Both the position numbers and the translations under genes were made by a program. The notes below the pieces were generated by a model, which was not told the origin of the DNA, made no database searches, and saw only the letters and a list, made by a program, of their open reading frames with translations. A stretch of 64,000 nucleotides of DNA from Candidatus Moraniibacteriota bacterium (lineage in GTDB: Bacteria; Patescibacteriota; Minisyncoccia; Moranbacterales; UBA2206), in the NCBI GenBank assembly GCA_037137555.1, contig JBAXKA010000001.1:1874-65873 (forward strand), read 5' to 3'. Positions 1 to 10,256 of the stretch are shown here, piece by piece; the stretch's first letter is position 1, and every line of letters begins with the position of its first letter.

Positions 1-348
1 TTTATCAGCATTAATGCCAAATTCTTCCAAGATATGATCGGCACGAAAGCGACTTCTACATTTCTTGCAATCAACTTGCGGATCGTTGAAACCACCAACA
101 TGACCAGACGCTACCCAAGTTGTCGGATGCATAAAAATTGCACTATCCAATCCCACGACATCATCGCGAAATTGCACCATTGTTTTCCACCAAGCATCAC
201 GAATATTATTTTTTAAAAGTGTTCCGTAATGACCATAGTCATAAATGGCTTGCATACCACCATAAATTTCTGATGATGGATAAACAAATCCCCGCCTTTT
301 GCAAAGTGATGTAATTTTCTCCAATATTATTTCTTTTTTTTCTTCCAT
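1..348 (-). CDS. glyQS: Glycine--tRNA ligase (alpha2 type), N-terminal part, runs off window start
   Basis: Manual translation from ATG at 348: [31 protein letters not shown]...YDYGHYG...[17 protein letters not shown]. Confidence 0.93.
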   Translation of the reverse strand, partial: MEEKKEIILEKITSLCKRRGFVYPSSEIYGGMQAIYDYGHYGTLLKNNIRDAWWKTMVQFRDDVVGLDSAIFMHPTTWVASGHVGGFNDPQVDCKKCRSRFRADHILEEFGINADK

Positions 349-398
349 AATTTTTTATTAATAAATTAAAAATAGCTTAACGATTTTCTATTTTTTTG

Positions 399-1418
399 TC
401 AATTATTTTTTCCCGCCAGTTGACCACAAGCACCCGTAACTTCTTGCCCCAAACTTTTTCTAATCGTAACACTCATTCCGCCTTTTTCTAGATAATTTTT
501 AAACAAATGCATTTTATTACCCGAAGATGGCATAAATTCTTTTCCTGTTTCATTATAGGCAATTAAATTGATATGCAAAAGTTGGCGATTGCCAATTGAC
601 TTTAAATAAGTTGAAAGTGCATAAGCATCTTCTTCATTATCGTTAATGCCGGAAAGCATTACATATTCCACAAAAACTTGTCTTCTCGTTTTAGTAAAAT
701 AATCCTGCAAGGCTTTCTTTAATTCTTCTAGATTATATTTTTTATTGATCGGCATAAACTGATTTCTCTTTTCATCCGTCGCAAAATGCAAAGAAATTGC
801 CAAATTAATTTGAGGAAATTCTTCTGCTAAAAAATTAATTCCCGCCGGAATTCCTGCTGTCGAGATTGAAATACTTCGTGAGCCAAAAGCAAATAAATTT
901 TTATCCACCAAATCATGCAAACTTTTTTTTACTTCATCCCAATTCAAAAATGGCTCCCCCATTCCCATATAAACAATATTTGTTAATTTATTTTCTTTCA
1001 AGTGTTGTCTCCAAAATAAAACTTGATCGCTAATTTCTTCGGCGGTTAAATTTCGCTGAAAGCCATTTTTTCCTGTTGCACAAAAGCTGCAATTCAAAGA
1101 ACAGCCGACTTGAGAAGAAATACAAACAGACCATTTTCCGGGCATCGGCGAAAGTAAAACAGTTTCTATCTCATTTCCATCAGTCAATACTAAAAGTGCT
1201 TTCAGAGAAAGACCATCGCTAGAAATTAAAACTTTTTTTACATCAAAAGATAAAATCTTAATTTTATTTTCCAATAGTTCACGCAAATTCTTCGGGATAG
1301 TTGAAATTTCAGAAAAACTAGCTATGCCATCTTGATAAATCGCTTTTTGAATTTGACTTAGGCGAAATTTCGGTTCACCATTTTCAATGAGTATTTTTTT
1401 TAAATTTTCGATTTGCAT
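399..1418 (-). CDS. rlmN: 23S rRNA m2A2503 radical SAM methyltransferase
   Basis: CISSQVGCSLNCSFCATG, MGMGEP and C-terminal GACGQL motifs. Confidence 0.95.
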   Translation of the reverse strand: MQIENLKKILIENGEPKFRLSQIQKAIYQDGIASFSEISTIPKNLRELLENKIKILSFDVKKVLISSDGLSLKALLVLTDGNEIETVLLSPMPGKWSVCISSQVGCSLNCSFCATGKNGFQRNLTAEEISDQVLFWRQHLKENKLTNIVYMGMGEPFLNWDEVKKSLHDLVDKNLFAFGSRSISISTAGIPAGINFLAEEFPQINLAISLHFATDEKRNQFMPINKKYNLEELKKALQDYFTKTRRQVFVEYVMLSGINDNEEDAYALSTYLKSIGNRQLLHINLIAYNETGKEFMPSSGNKMHLFKNYLEKGGMSVTIRKSLGQEVTGACGQLAGKNN

Positions 1419-1440
1419 AAAAAAATTGATTTTACTTTAT

Positions 1441-2529
1441 TTATTCTGTCAAAACTTTTGCAATCAAATCTGCACAATTATTCCAACTAAATCTTTTTAT
1501 ATTTTCATGGCCTTTATTAATTATGTCTTTAATTATTTTTTTATCTTGTGTTAATGTGATAATCGCGTCAGCAATAAGTTTTGGTTCAGACGGATCAACC
1601 AGAAAAGCACTTCCTCCGGAAACTTCAGGAAGAGCAGAGGTATTTGAAGTAATCACTGGCACGCCTTGACTTTGCGCTTCAAGAACTGGCAGACCAAAGC
1701 CTTCATAGAATGTGGGAAATAGAAAAACTTCTGCATTTTTATATAAACACCATTTTTTTGCATCAGCGATAAATCCCACCAAAATAATATCTTTTTTATA
1801 TTCTGATTTTTCAATTCGCTTTTTAATTTCTTTTTCTCCATAACCAAACTTGCCACCCAAAACTAATTTATGTTTGGAATTAGTTTTTTGTTTAAATAAA
1901 TCAAAAGCTTCCACGATTCCCAGAATATTTTTTCGTTTTTCTAGTCGTCCGACAAATAATAGATACGGCTTTAAATTTATAACTTCATTCGCTTCATCCA
2001 AATTCAAGTCTAATTCTTTAGTTTTATTATCATAGCCCTCATAGACTAAATTAATTTTTTCTTCCGAAACTTCATAAAAATTCATTAAATCCATTTTGGT
2101 ATTTCGAGAAACACTGATAATTTTGCTTGCCCAGCGACAAGAACTTTTGATAGATAAACGCATATAGAATCGCTCAAAAGCCGAATAGGCTTCTGGCATA
2201 ATTTCATACTCTAAGCCATGCACCGTTACGATAGTTTTCTTAGGATGGAAAAGTGGCACGGTATGTGCTGGAATAAACAATACATCCACGGGATACAAAA
2301 AAAGTTCCAACGATAATCCAAGCTGTGTCCAGAGACGAGGAAAATAAATTCTTTTTATACGCCAATTTTTTGGCAGAGAAAAATCCACTTTTTGCGTTCC
2401 GCGTAGATATAAAATTACACGATGATCTTTTAGTCGAGTGCGAAGTCGCCTGATTACCTGATAAGAATATTCTTCGATACCAGTTCGTTGTTTTAAAAAA
2501 GCCCTTGAGCCATCAATACCGATTTTCAT
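1441..2529 (-). CDS. GT4 family glycosyltransferase
   Basis: VGRLEKRKN and YEGFGLPVLEA motifs. Confidence 0.9.
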   Translation of the reverse strand: MKIGIDGSRAFLKQRTGIEEYSYQVIRRLRTRLKDHRVILYLRGTQKVDFSLPKNWRIKRIYFPRLWTQLGLSLELFLYPVDVLFIPAHTVPLFHPKKTIVTVHGLEYEIMPEAYSAFERFYMRLSIKSSCRWASKIISVSRNTKMDLMNFYEVSEEKINLVYEGYDNKTKELDLNLDEANEVINLKPYLLFVGRLEKRKNILGIVEAFDLFKQKTNSKHKLVLGGKFGYGEKEIKKRIEKSEYKKDIILVGFIADAKKWCLYKNAEVFLFPTFYEGFGLPVLEAQSQGVPVITSNTSALPEVSGGSAFLVDPSEPKLIADAIITLTQDKKIIKDIINKGHENIKRFSWNNCADLIAKVLTE

Positions 2530-2548
2530 TAGTTTATAATTTTATAAT

Positions 2549-3556
2549 TTATTTAGATAACATCATTGTCCGCTTATAGAGTTCAAGATTTTCTAGCGCG
2601 ATGCCAATACCTTTGATTACACAATATAGTGCATCATCTGCCACATAGCATGGCACACCGATTGTTTTTGTTATTAATTGATCGAGATTGCGCAGAAGCG
2701 CTCCACCGCCAGAAAGCACCATGCCTTTATCCATAATATCTGCCGCGAGTTCTGGTGGAGTTTCTTGTAGAACTTTCTTAATCGCATTAATCACTTCGCG
2801 CAACTCATCCTGAATGGCTTCTGTCACTTCATTTGATGAAATTCGTACAGTTCTTGGAAGTCCTCCGGTCAAATCTCGTCCTCGCACATCCATATAATCT
2901 TCTTTTACTTGCGGAAGTGCTGAGCCAATTTTTATTTTTACATCTTCTGCTGTGCGATCTCCAATCGACAAGCTATATTTTCGTTTAATGTAATCTGCGA
3001 TTGCTTGATCAATTTTATTTCCTCCCACTCGTGCACTATGCGCTGAAACAATTCCACCCAAAGAAACTACTGCTACTTCTGATGTTCCACCACCAATATC
3101 AATAATCATATTGCCCGCGGCATTATTGATGGGAATTCCGGCACCAATTGCTGCTAAGATTGGCTCTTTTACGACATAAGCCATTTTTGCACCAGCCCTA
3201 ATCGTGGCATCAATGACAGCTCTTCTTTCAGTTGAAGTTACACCGGCAGGAATAGACACCATCACTTCTGGACGAATCAAGCGAAATCTGCCACTAACTT
3301 TATTAATAAAATATTTAAGCATTGCTTCGGTAATTTTATAATCGGCAATCACACCATCTCGCATTGGACGACTTGCCATGATTGTATCTGGTGTTCTTCC
3401 AAGCATTTCCTTGGCTTCATTACCAATTGCCAAAACCTTATTTTCCAAAAGCGAAATCGCCACTACTGATGGTTCGTTGGAAACAATGCCTTTCCCTGGA
3501 ACAAAAACTAAAACATTGGCAGTGCCAAGATCAATTCCGATTTTTCGTACAAGCAT
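2549..3556 (-). CDS. mreB: Rod shape-determining protein
   Basis: IGIDLGTAN, IDIGGGT and LSGGGALL motifs. Confidence 0.96.
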   Translation of the reverse strand: MLVRKIGIDLGTANVLVFVPGKGIVSNEPSVVAISLLENKVLAIGNEAKEMLGRTPDTIMASRPMRDGVIADYKITEAMLKYFINKVSGRFRLIRPEVMVSIPAGVTSTERRAVIDATIRAGAKMAYVVKEPILAAIGAGIPINNAAGNMIIDIGGGTSEVAVVSLGGIVSAHSARVGGNKIDQAIADYIKRKYSLSIGDRTAEDVKIKIGSALPQVKEDYMDVRGRDLTGGLPRTVRISSNEVTEAIQDELREVINAIKKVLQETPPELAADIMDKGMVLSGGGALLRNLDQLITKTIGVPCYVADDALYCVIKGIGIALENLELYKRTMMLSK

Positions 3557-3574
3557 GAAATTATCCTAAAAAAA

Positions 3575-4831
3575 TTATATTCTTTTTATATTCGCACCCA
3601 ATTTTTGCAACCGTTCTTCAATTTTTTCATAACCTCTATCAACTTGATAAATTTCTTTGATGGTTGTTTTCCCCTCAGCAATCAGTGCCGCAATAATCAG
3701 TGTTGCGCCAGCACGCAAATCAAAACTAGTAATTATTTTACCTTTTAATTTTGCTGGGCCACTAATCAGCACTCTGTGTGGATCCAAAATTTTTGCCTTG
3801 GCTCCCATTTTTTTCAACTCGCTGATATAATTAAAGCGGCTTTCATATAGCGAGTCATGAATTAGCGTTTCTCCTTCAGCTTGTGTCGCAAGCACACCGA
3901 AAGGCGCTTGCACATCTGATGGAACACCAGGATAAGTTCTCGTATCAATCTTAAAAACAGCTTTTATTTTTTTAGCTGGAATAACTTCGATACTATTTTT
4001 TTCAATTTTAAAATCTGCTCCAAATTCACGCAATTTTTCTAGAACTAAAGCTAAATGTTCCTCTTTGGCGTTTTTAATTTTAATTGCGCTTCCAGTTGTT
4101 ACAGCGAGAATAAGAAAAGTAGCCGCTTCATTAGCATCGGGAATAATAGTATGCGTTGCTTTGTGCATTTTTTTTGTACCAATAATTTCCAGGCTATGCG
4201 TTCCCAGTCCCTTTATTTTTGCACCAAGGGAAATCAAAAACTTTCCTAAATCTTCCACATGCGGTTCGCAAGCACAAGCTTTAATGGTTGTTTTTCCTTC
4301 AAGTGAAGACGCCAATATCATCGCATTCTCCGTAGCCGTTACAGACATTTCTCCCAAAGTAATCCTAGCTGATTTTCTTTTTTGCGCATTAATAACATAG
4401 CCACATTCGTTTTGCAAAATATCCACACCCATCTTACGCAATGCTTCAAAATGTGTGCCAAGTGGACGTGCACCAATCACACAACCACCGGGTCGATAAA
4501 ATTTAAATTTATCAAAACGCGCACTCAAAGCACCCAAAAGTAAAATCGAGGAACGCAACTTTTTTACAGTTTCGGTGTCTATTTTTGCTGGATCAATTTT
4601 TTCATTTTTAATACTAATTTTTCTTTTTCCCAACCATTTGATTTCCGCACCCATGCTAGTCAATATTTCCAACATGCGATAAACATCCTCAATGAGCGGA
4701 ATATTGGAAATAATACATTCCTCTTTTGTCAATAATGTCGCCGCTAAAATTGGGGTTGTCGCATTTTTGGATCCACGCACCTCAATTTCTCCTTGCAATT
4801 TTTTTCCACCAACAATTTCAAATGTTTCCAT
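3575..4831 (-). CDS. murA: UDP-N-acetylglucosamine 1-carboxyvinyltransferase
   Basis: GSKNA, PGGCVIGARP (catalytic Cys), DLRAGA, DRGYE; start taken at METFEI. Confidence 0.95.
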   Translation of the reverse strand: METFEIVGGKKLQGEIEVRGSKNATTPILAATLLTKEECIISNIPLIEDVYRMLEILTSMGAEIKWLGKRKISIKNEKIDPAKIDTETVKKLRSSILLLGALSARFDKFKFYRPGGCVIGARPLGTHFEALRKMGVDILQNECGYVINAQKRKSARITLGEMSVTATENAMILASSLEGKTTIKACACEPHVEDLGKFLISLGAKIKGLGTHSLEIIGTKKMHKATHTIIPDANEAATFLILAVTTGSAIKIKNAKEEHLALVLEKLREFGADFKIEKNSIEVIPAKKIKAVFKIDTRTYPGVPSDVQAPFGVLATQAEGETLIHDSLYESRFNYISELKKMGAKAKILDPHRVLISGPAKLKGKIITSFDLRAGATLIIAALIAEGKTTIKEIYQVDRGYEKIEERLQKLGANIKRI

Positions 4832-4904
4832 AATTTTAAGTTTAAAAAAGGCCACTTATAAAGTATATTCTATGTGGTATTAAAAATCAAACATTGTGCC
4901 ATAA

Positions 4905-5492
4905 CTAATTTCTAAAAATATTTAAATTATTTTCGTCCAAATCCCATTTAAAAGGATTATTCACAATATAATTACGAATATTATAGAGGGATTTTTCATT
5001 ACAAATAATGTGATCGTGAAATGATTTTTGCCATCCAAAATAGGACAATTTTTTATGGATTATTTTGGTAATGGCAGATTTGAACGATCCAATTATAATA
5101 GGTATTTTTTGATATTGTCGATTTTGTTGGGATTGGGATTGGGATTGTAGGGAACAGGCATGCCTGTTCCCTACGGGTTTCCCTGCGGGTTTCCCTGCGG
5201 GGTTATCGGTAGAATTATTATGGGCGTCATCATTTTTAATTACCAAAATACCATGAACATGATTTGGCATAATAATAAATTCATCTAATACGCAATATGG
5301 AAAATGATTAGGAATTTCTAGCCAACAATTTTTTGCTATCTCTCCATATTCATTTAAATTCATTTTTTCATGTTCAATGTTTCCAAAAAATTCTTCTCTA
5401 TTCTTTGTGCAAATCGTTACAAAATAAAATCCATTCTCAGAATAATTATAATTTTTTAATCTGGTTGGTTTACGGTTTTTTATTTGGGGCAT
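4905..5492 (-). mobile_element. REP-associated tyrosine (Y1/HUH) transposase, RAYT-like
   Basis: RLKNYNYS..YFVTICT, IMPNHVHG (HUH), WQKSFHDHII and YIVNNP motifs. Confidence 0.88.
5147..5174. repeat. 28-bp perfect palindrome, GTAG-headed REP-like element inside the RAYT ORF
   Basis: GTAGGGAACAGGCATGCCTGTTCCCTAC; second copy at 9360-9387. Confidence 0.9.
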
Positions 5493-5515
5493 AATTATTT
5501 GGAAAAAATTTATTG

Positions 5516-5587
5516 TGCCCTCAGTAGGAATCGAACCTACATCTTATCCTTAGGACGGATCTGCTCTATCCATTGAGCTATGAAGGC
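5516..5587 (-). tRNA. tRNA-Arg(CCT)
   Basis: Reverse complement folds as a cloverleaf: GCCTTCA/TGAGGGC acceptor, anticodon loop GTCCTAA, GGTTCGATTCC T-arm; CCA not encoded. Confidence 0.92.
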
Positions 5588-5609
5588 CTATTGTAATATT
5601 TTAATTTTG

Positions 5610-5682
5610 TGGACATGAGGAGACTCGAACTCCTTACCTCTTCCATGCCATGGAAGCGCTCTACCAGATGAGCTACACGCCC
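5610..5682 (-). tRNA. tRNA-Ala(GGC)
   Basis: GGGCGTG/CATGTCC acceptor with G3:U70, CTTCC-ATGGCAT-GGAAG anticodon arm, GTTCGAGTC T-loop. Confidence 0.95.
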
Positions 5683-5819
5683 GATACTATCAATCACTTT
5701 TCTATCATATCAGCTGTGAATAGTTAGTCAATTTTTTAATTTATCAAATTTTTCCTCGACAGCTTATTTTCTCTGTGCTAGTATATCTATGTTAATAAAA
5801 ACTTAATCAAAAAAAATTT

Positions 5820-6479
5820 ATGAATATCCAGTATTATGGTCATTCTTGTTTTAAGATTTGCTTAAAGCCGGCTGGTCGAGGTCAGAACGAAGTAGTTTTT
5901 TTTATGGATCCTTTTGACAAATCCATCGGTCTTCGTCCACCACAAGGACAAGCGGATTTTGTTTTGGTTTCACATGGTCATCCTGATCATAATAATATTG
6001 AAGCACTGAAAGGCGAACCACGCGTCATTGATTTACCGGGAGAATATTCAGTTAAAGGTGTAAATGTCATTGGCATTTCTTCTTTTCATGACAGTGTGCA
6101 AGGAAAAGAAAAAGGGGCTAATACAATTTTCTTGGTTGATAGCGAAGATATCAAGATTTGTCATTTGGGCGATCTTGGATCTGACTTAGATGAAAAACAA
6201 CTAGAAAAAATTGGCACAGTCAATATTCTGATGGTGCCAATCGGTGGAAAATATACACTGGATTATAAAAAAGCGATTGAAACAATCAAAAAAATTGAAC
6301 CAAACATTATTATTCCGATTCATTTTAAAATGGCTGGCTCGACTGTTGATATCGAAGACGAAAATCAATTCTGTCTTGAAATGGGTTATTGCAAAAAAGA
6401 AAGACCCGCTAAGCTAAATTTGAAAAGCAAAGATTTGGAAGGAAAGAATATGGAAATTATGATTATGGGTATTGAATAG
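5820..6479 (+). CDS. MBL-fold metallo-hydrolase (Lactamase_B_3-like)
   Basis: YYGHSCF, SHGHPDH, HLGDLG and IPIH motifs. Confidence 0.85.
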   Translation: MNIQYYGHSCFKICLKPAGRGQNEVVFFMDPFDKSIGLRPPQGQADFVLVSHGHPDHNNIEALKGEPRVIDLPGEYSVKGVNVIGISSFHDSVQGKEKGANTIFLVDSEDIKICHLGDLGSDLDEKQLEKIGTVNILMVPIGGKYTLDYKKAIETIKKIEPNIIIPIHFKMAGSTVDIEDENQFCLEMGYCKKERPAKLNLKSKDLEGKNMEIMIMGIE

Positions 6480-6493
6480 TTTTTAAAAAAATA

Positions 6494-6787
6494 ATGAGCA
6501 TCCAAAGAAAATTAGAAGAAATTCGCAAGAAACCAGAGCATATCAAAAAACGCTACACCTATATTGCCGTTGCCATTTCCATGTTTTTTATTATACTACT
6601 TTGGTTTTTTTCCATTGCTGATACACTTAAAAAAACTGAATTTACCAAAAAACAAAATGTTTTTGAGGATTTGCAAGTTGAAAAAAAATCACTCAAAGAT
6701 GCCACTGATGATATGAAAAACTCACTGACAGATCTAAATAAAAATCTAAAACAAGCTCCAACTGAAACTAATCAACCCTTAGAATAA
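6494..6787 (+). CDS. Small single-TM hypothetical protein
   Basis: One hydrophobic helix followed by a coiled coil; sits in the operon before gyrA. Confidence 0.7.
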   Translation: MSIQRKLEEIRKKPEHIKKRYTYIAVAISMFFIILLWFFSIADTLKKTEFTKKQNVFEDLQVEKKSLKDATDDMKNSLTDLNKNLKQAPTETNQPLE

Positions 6788-6798
6788 AAAATAATATT

Positions 6799-9243
6799 AT
6801 GGAAATGAAAATTGAATTGGAAAACATCCAACCGCGTGAAATAACTGAAGAAATTCAACAATCCTATTTGGATTATGCCATGAGTGTCATTGTTTCTCGT
6901 GCTCTGCCTGATGTGCGTGATGGCATGAAGCCAGTGCATCGTCGCATTCTTTATTCTATGTGGAACACTGGCCTTCGTGCTAATGCAAAATTTAGAAAAT
7001 CTGCGACAGTGGTGGGAGAAGTTTTGGGAAAATATCATCCACATGGTGATGTGGCAGTTTATGATTCAATGGTGCGTATGGCCCAAGATTTTTCTTTGCG
7101 TTATCCCCTCGTCAAAGGTCAAGGAAATTTTGGTTCGATGGATGGAGACTCGGCAGCGGCTTATCGTTACACCGAAGCAAAACTTTCACCAATTGCCGAA
7201 GAGATGCTTACTGATATTGAAAAAAATACAGTTAATTTTGTACCAAATTTTGATGGTCAACATGAAGAGCCGACTGTTTTGCCCGCTAATTTACCCCAAC
7301 TACTCTTAAATGGTTCCATGGGAATTGCCGTTGGAATGGCGACTAACATTCCTCCTCAAAATATTACTGAATTAATTGAAGGGATTGATCATTTAATCGA
7401 TAATCCCAATGCCACAGTAGAAGATCTTTGTGAATTTGTTAAAGGTCCCGATTTTCCAACTGGTGGCATAATTTATAATAAAAAAGATATTATTGAAGCT
7501 TATAGAACTGGTCGTGGAAAAATTCTCACCAGAGCAAAAGCGGAAATCAATGAAACTAAAACTGGTGCATTTCAAATTATTGTAACAGAAATGACCTATG
7601 CCACAAACAAATCAACCATGATTGAAAGAATGGCCGATCTTGTGAAGGAAGGAAAAATTATGGGCATTCGTGATATTCGCGATGAATCCGACAAAGATGG
7701 TGTTCGACTTGTGATTGAATTAAAAAAAGATGCTTATCCTCAAAAAGTGCTCAATAAGCTTTATGATTTAACTGATTTGCAAAAAAATTTCAATGTTAAT
7801 ATGCTCGCCCTTGTTAATGGCATTGAACCAACTGTCCTAAATTTAAAATCAATTTTTGAATATTATATTATTCACAGAAAAGAAGTAATCACTCGTCGCA
7901 CAAAATATGATTTGGAAAAAGCCCGTGATCGTGCCCATATTTTGGAAGGTCTAAAAAAAGCACTTGATCATATTGATGCCGTCATTGAAACAATCAAAAA
8001 ATCCAAAACAAAAGAAGAAGCCCATGTCAATTTGATGAAAAAATTCTTGCTTTCTGACAGACAGACTACGGCCATTCTGGAAATGCGATTGCAAACACTT
8101 GCCGGATTGGAACAAAAAAAGATTGAAGATGAATTGGCTGAAAAATTACGCATCATCGCTGAACTTGAAGCAATCCTAAAAAGTGAAAAGAAAATTCTCG
8201 GCATTGTCAAAAGCGAACTTAATCGTGTGAAGGAAAAATATGGCGACGAAAGAAAAACAAAAATAATTAAATCTGGCGTATCAGAATTTAAGCAAGAAGA
8301 TTTAGTCCCCAACGAAGAAGCAATCATAACGATTTCCAAGGAAGGTTATATTAAAAGAATGAACCCTGCTGTTTATAAAGTGCAAAAACGAGGTGGCAAG
8401 GGCGTGATTGGTGCCACAACCAGAGAGGGTGACGAAGTTGAAAAACTACTTGGTGTTATGACACATGATAATTTATTATTTTTCACTAACAGTGGAAAAG
8501 TTTTTCAAACTAAGTCTTATGAAATTCCAGAATCATCCAGAATTTCCAAAGGACAATCGATTGTTAATTTCTTGCAACTTTCTGGTGAAGAAAAAGTAAC
8601 AGCTATTATTGCTTTCAACAAAGATGATAATTATAAATATCTTTTTATGGCCACCGAGATGGGCACTGTCAAAAAAACTACACTGGAAGAATTTGAAAAT
8701 GTCCGTCGTTCAGGTCTTATTGCTATAAAATTAGACAAGGGTGATGCGCTTCGTTGGGTTAATGCCACAACTGGCACAGATGAAATTGTCATCACAACTT
8801 CACATGGTCAAGCAATTCATTACAAGGAAAGTGATGTTCGCTCTATGGGTCGTGCGGCCACGGGAGTGCGTGGAATTAAATTAAAAAAAGATGATCTTGT
8901 TGTTGGTATGGATGTTTTCTTCAAAGGTCAAAAGGGCAATCAACTTTTAGTCATCACTGAAAATGGTTATGGTAAAAGATCCGATATTAAATATTACAAA
9001 ATTCAAAAACGCGGTGGCTCAGGAATTAAAACAGCAGCGACGACTGCCAAAACAGGAAAGTTAATTGGTGCTAGTATTATCAATGTGGATAATCTTGATG
9101 CAGATTTAATTCTTACTTCCGATAAAGGTCAAATTATTCGTATTCCTCTTGTTAGTGTTTCTATTCTTGGTCGTGCCACACAAGGCGTTCGCGTTATGCG
9201 ACCACAAACTGGCGATAAGGTTAGTGCGATGACGGTTTTGTAA
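6799..9243 (+). CDS. gyrA: DNA gyrase subunit A
   Basis: [23 protein letters not shown] and GyrA-box QKRGGKG. Confidence 0.98.
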   Translation: MEMKIELENIQPREITEEIQQSYLDYAMSVIVSRALPDVRDGMKPVHRRILYSMWNTGLRANAKFRKSATVVGEVLGKYHPHGDVAVYDSMVRMAQDFSLRYPLVKGQGNFGSMDGDSAAAYRYTEAKLSPIAEEMLTDIEKNTVNFVPNFDGQHEEPTVLPANLPQLLLNGSMGIAVGMATNIPPQNITELIEGIDHLIDNPNATVEDLCEFVKGPDFPTGGIIYNKKDIIEAYRTGRGKILTRAKAEINETKTGAFQIIVTEMTYATNKSTMIERMADLVKEGKIMGIRDIRDESDKDGVRLVIELKKDAYPQKVLNKLYDLTDLQKNFNVNMLALVNGIEPTVLNLKSIFEYYIIHRKEVITRRTKYDLEKARDRAHILEGLKKALDHIDAVIETIKKSKTKEEAHVNLMKKFLLSDRQTTAILEMRLQTLAGLEQKKIEDELAEKLRIIAELEAILKSEKKILGIVKSELNRVKEKYGDERKTKIIKSGVSEFKQEDLVPNEEAIITISKEGYIKRMNPAVYKVQKRGGKGVIGATTREGDEVEKLLGVMTHDNLLFFTNSGKVFQTKSYEIPESSRISKGQSIVNFLQLSGEEKVTAIIAFNKDDNYKYLFMATEMGTVKKTTLEEFENVRRSGLIAIKLDKGDALRWVNATTGTDEIVITTSHGQAIHYKESDVRSMGRAATGVRGIKLKKDDLVVGMDVFFKGQKGNQLLVITENGYGKRSDIKYYKIQKRGGSGIKTAATTAKTGKLIGASIINVDNLDADLILTSDKGQIIRIPLVSVSILGRATQGVRVMRPQTGDKVSAMTVL

Positions 9244-9278
9244 AAAAATAAATAGAGATAAGGATCGACATAAACATA

Positions 9279-9441
9279 ATTTGCACGAAAAGAAAAATCT
9301 ACTATCATGCCAAATTATGTTCACGGGTTCTTGATGATTGAAAATATAACCCCGTAATCGTAGGGAACAGGCATGCCTGTTCCCTACAATCCCAATCCCA
9401 ATCCCAATCCCAACAAAATCGACAATATCAAAAAATACCTA
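9279..9441 (+). pseudogene. Internally deleted RAYT remnant carrying the REP palindrome
   Basis: Patches encoding ICTK and IMPNYVHG, then a near-identical inverted copy of 5100-5174. Confidence 0.8.
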
Positions 9442-9460
9442 ATAAATTAACAAAAAAAAT

Positions 9461-10168
9461 ATGCCCAGACCAATTACAACATTGTTTATGCTCACTTCGG
9501 TTGATGGTAAAATTTCAACAGTCAGTAATGACAAATTAGATGTTGATAAAGATTTTCCAAGAATAAAAGGCCTCAAGGAAGGCTTGAAACAATATTATGA
9601 AATTGAACAAGCGACTGATTCACATTCATTGAATTCGGGCAGAGTGTTAGCAAAAGTTGGAGCAAATAAACCACAAAAGAATATTGTAAAACTACCAGTT
9701 AGTTTTTTGATAATTGATAATAAGCCCCACTTGAATTGCACTGGCGTAGATAATTTTCTTAAAAAAAGCAAAAAGCTCTACATCATCACAACAAATAAAG
9801 TGCATCCTGCTTTTCAAAGAAAGACTGCTAATAATTTGGAAATCATCTACTACAAAAACAAAATTGATTTTATTGATTTATTCAGAAAATTAAAACAAGA
9901 ATATGGAATTAGTCGATTAACTATTCAAACGGGAGAAACACTCAACGCAATTTTTTTGAGGAATAAATTGATTGATAAAATTTCACTTGTAATTGCTCCA
10001 GCTTTAATTGGTGGAGAAAATACGCCATCATTGATAGCTGGAAAGTCACTATCTTCTCTCAAGGAGCTTGCCCTGATAAAAGCGTTGAAATTAACCGAGG
10101 TAAAAAAATTAAATGATTCTTATTTAAATTTAAAATACGATGTCATCAATGACACCGAAATCGATTGA
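9461..10168 (+). CDS. RibD C-terminal/DHFR-like reductase
   Basis: TSVDGKI, LIDKISLVIAPALIGG. Confidence 0.82.
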   Translation: MPRPITTLFMLTSVDGKISTVSNDKLDVDKDFPRIKGLKEGLKQYYEIEQATDSHSLNSGRVLAKVGANKPQKNIVKLPVSFLIIDNKPHLNCTGVDNFLKKSKKLYIITTNKVHPAFQRKTANNLEIIYYKNKIDFIDLFRKLKQEYGISRLTIQTGETLNAIFLRNKLIDKISLVIAPALIGGENTPSLIAGKSLSSLKELALIKALKLTEVKKLNDSYLNLKYDVINDTEID

Positions 10169-10256
10169 TTTTTAAATACACAAACTAAACATTTCCCTTT
10201 TTTTAAAAATAGTGTATACTAAAAATTCGAGTATTATCAATTAATTTTTACGCACT

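Noticed and set aside
5516-5682. tRNA as an island attachment site
   Set aside because: No duplicated tRNA 3' end was noticed elsewhere in the window.
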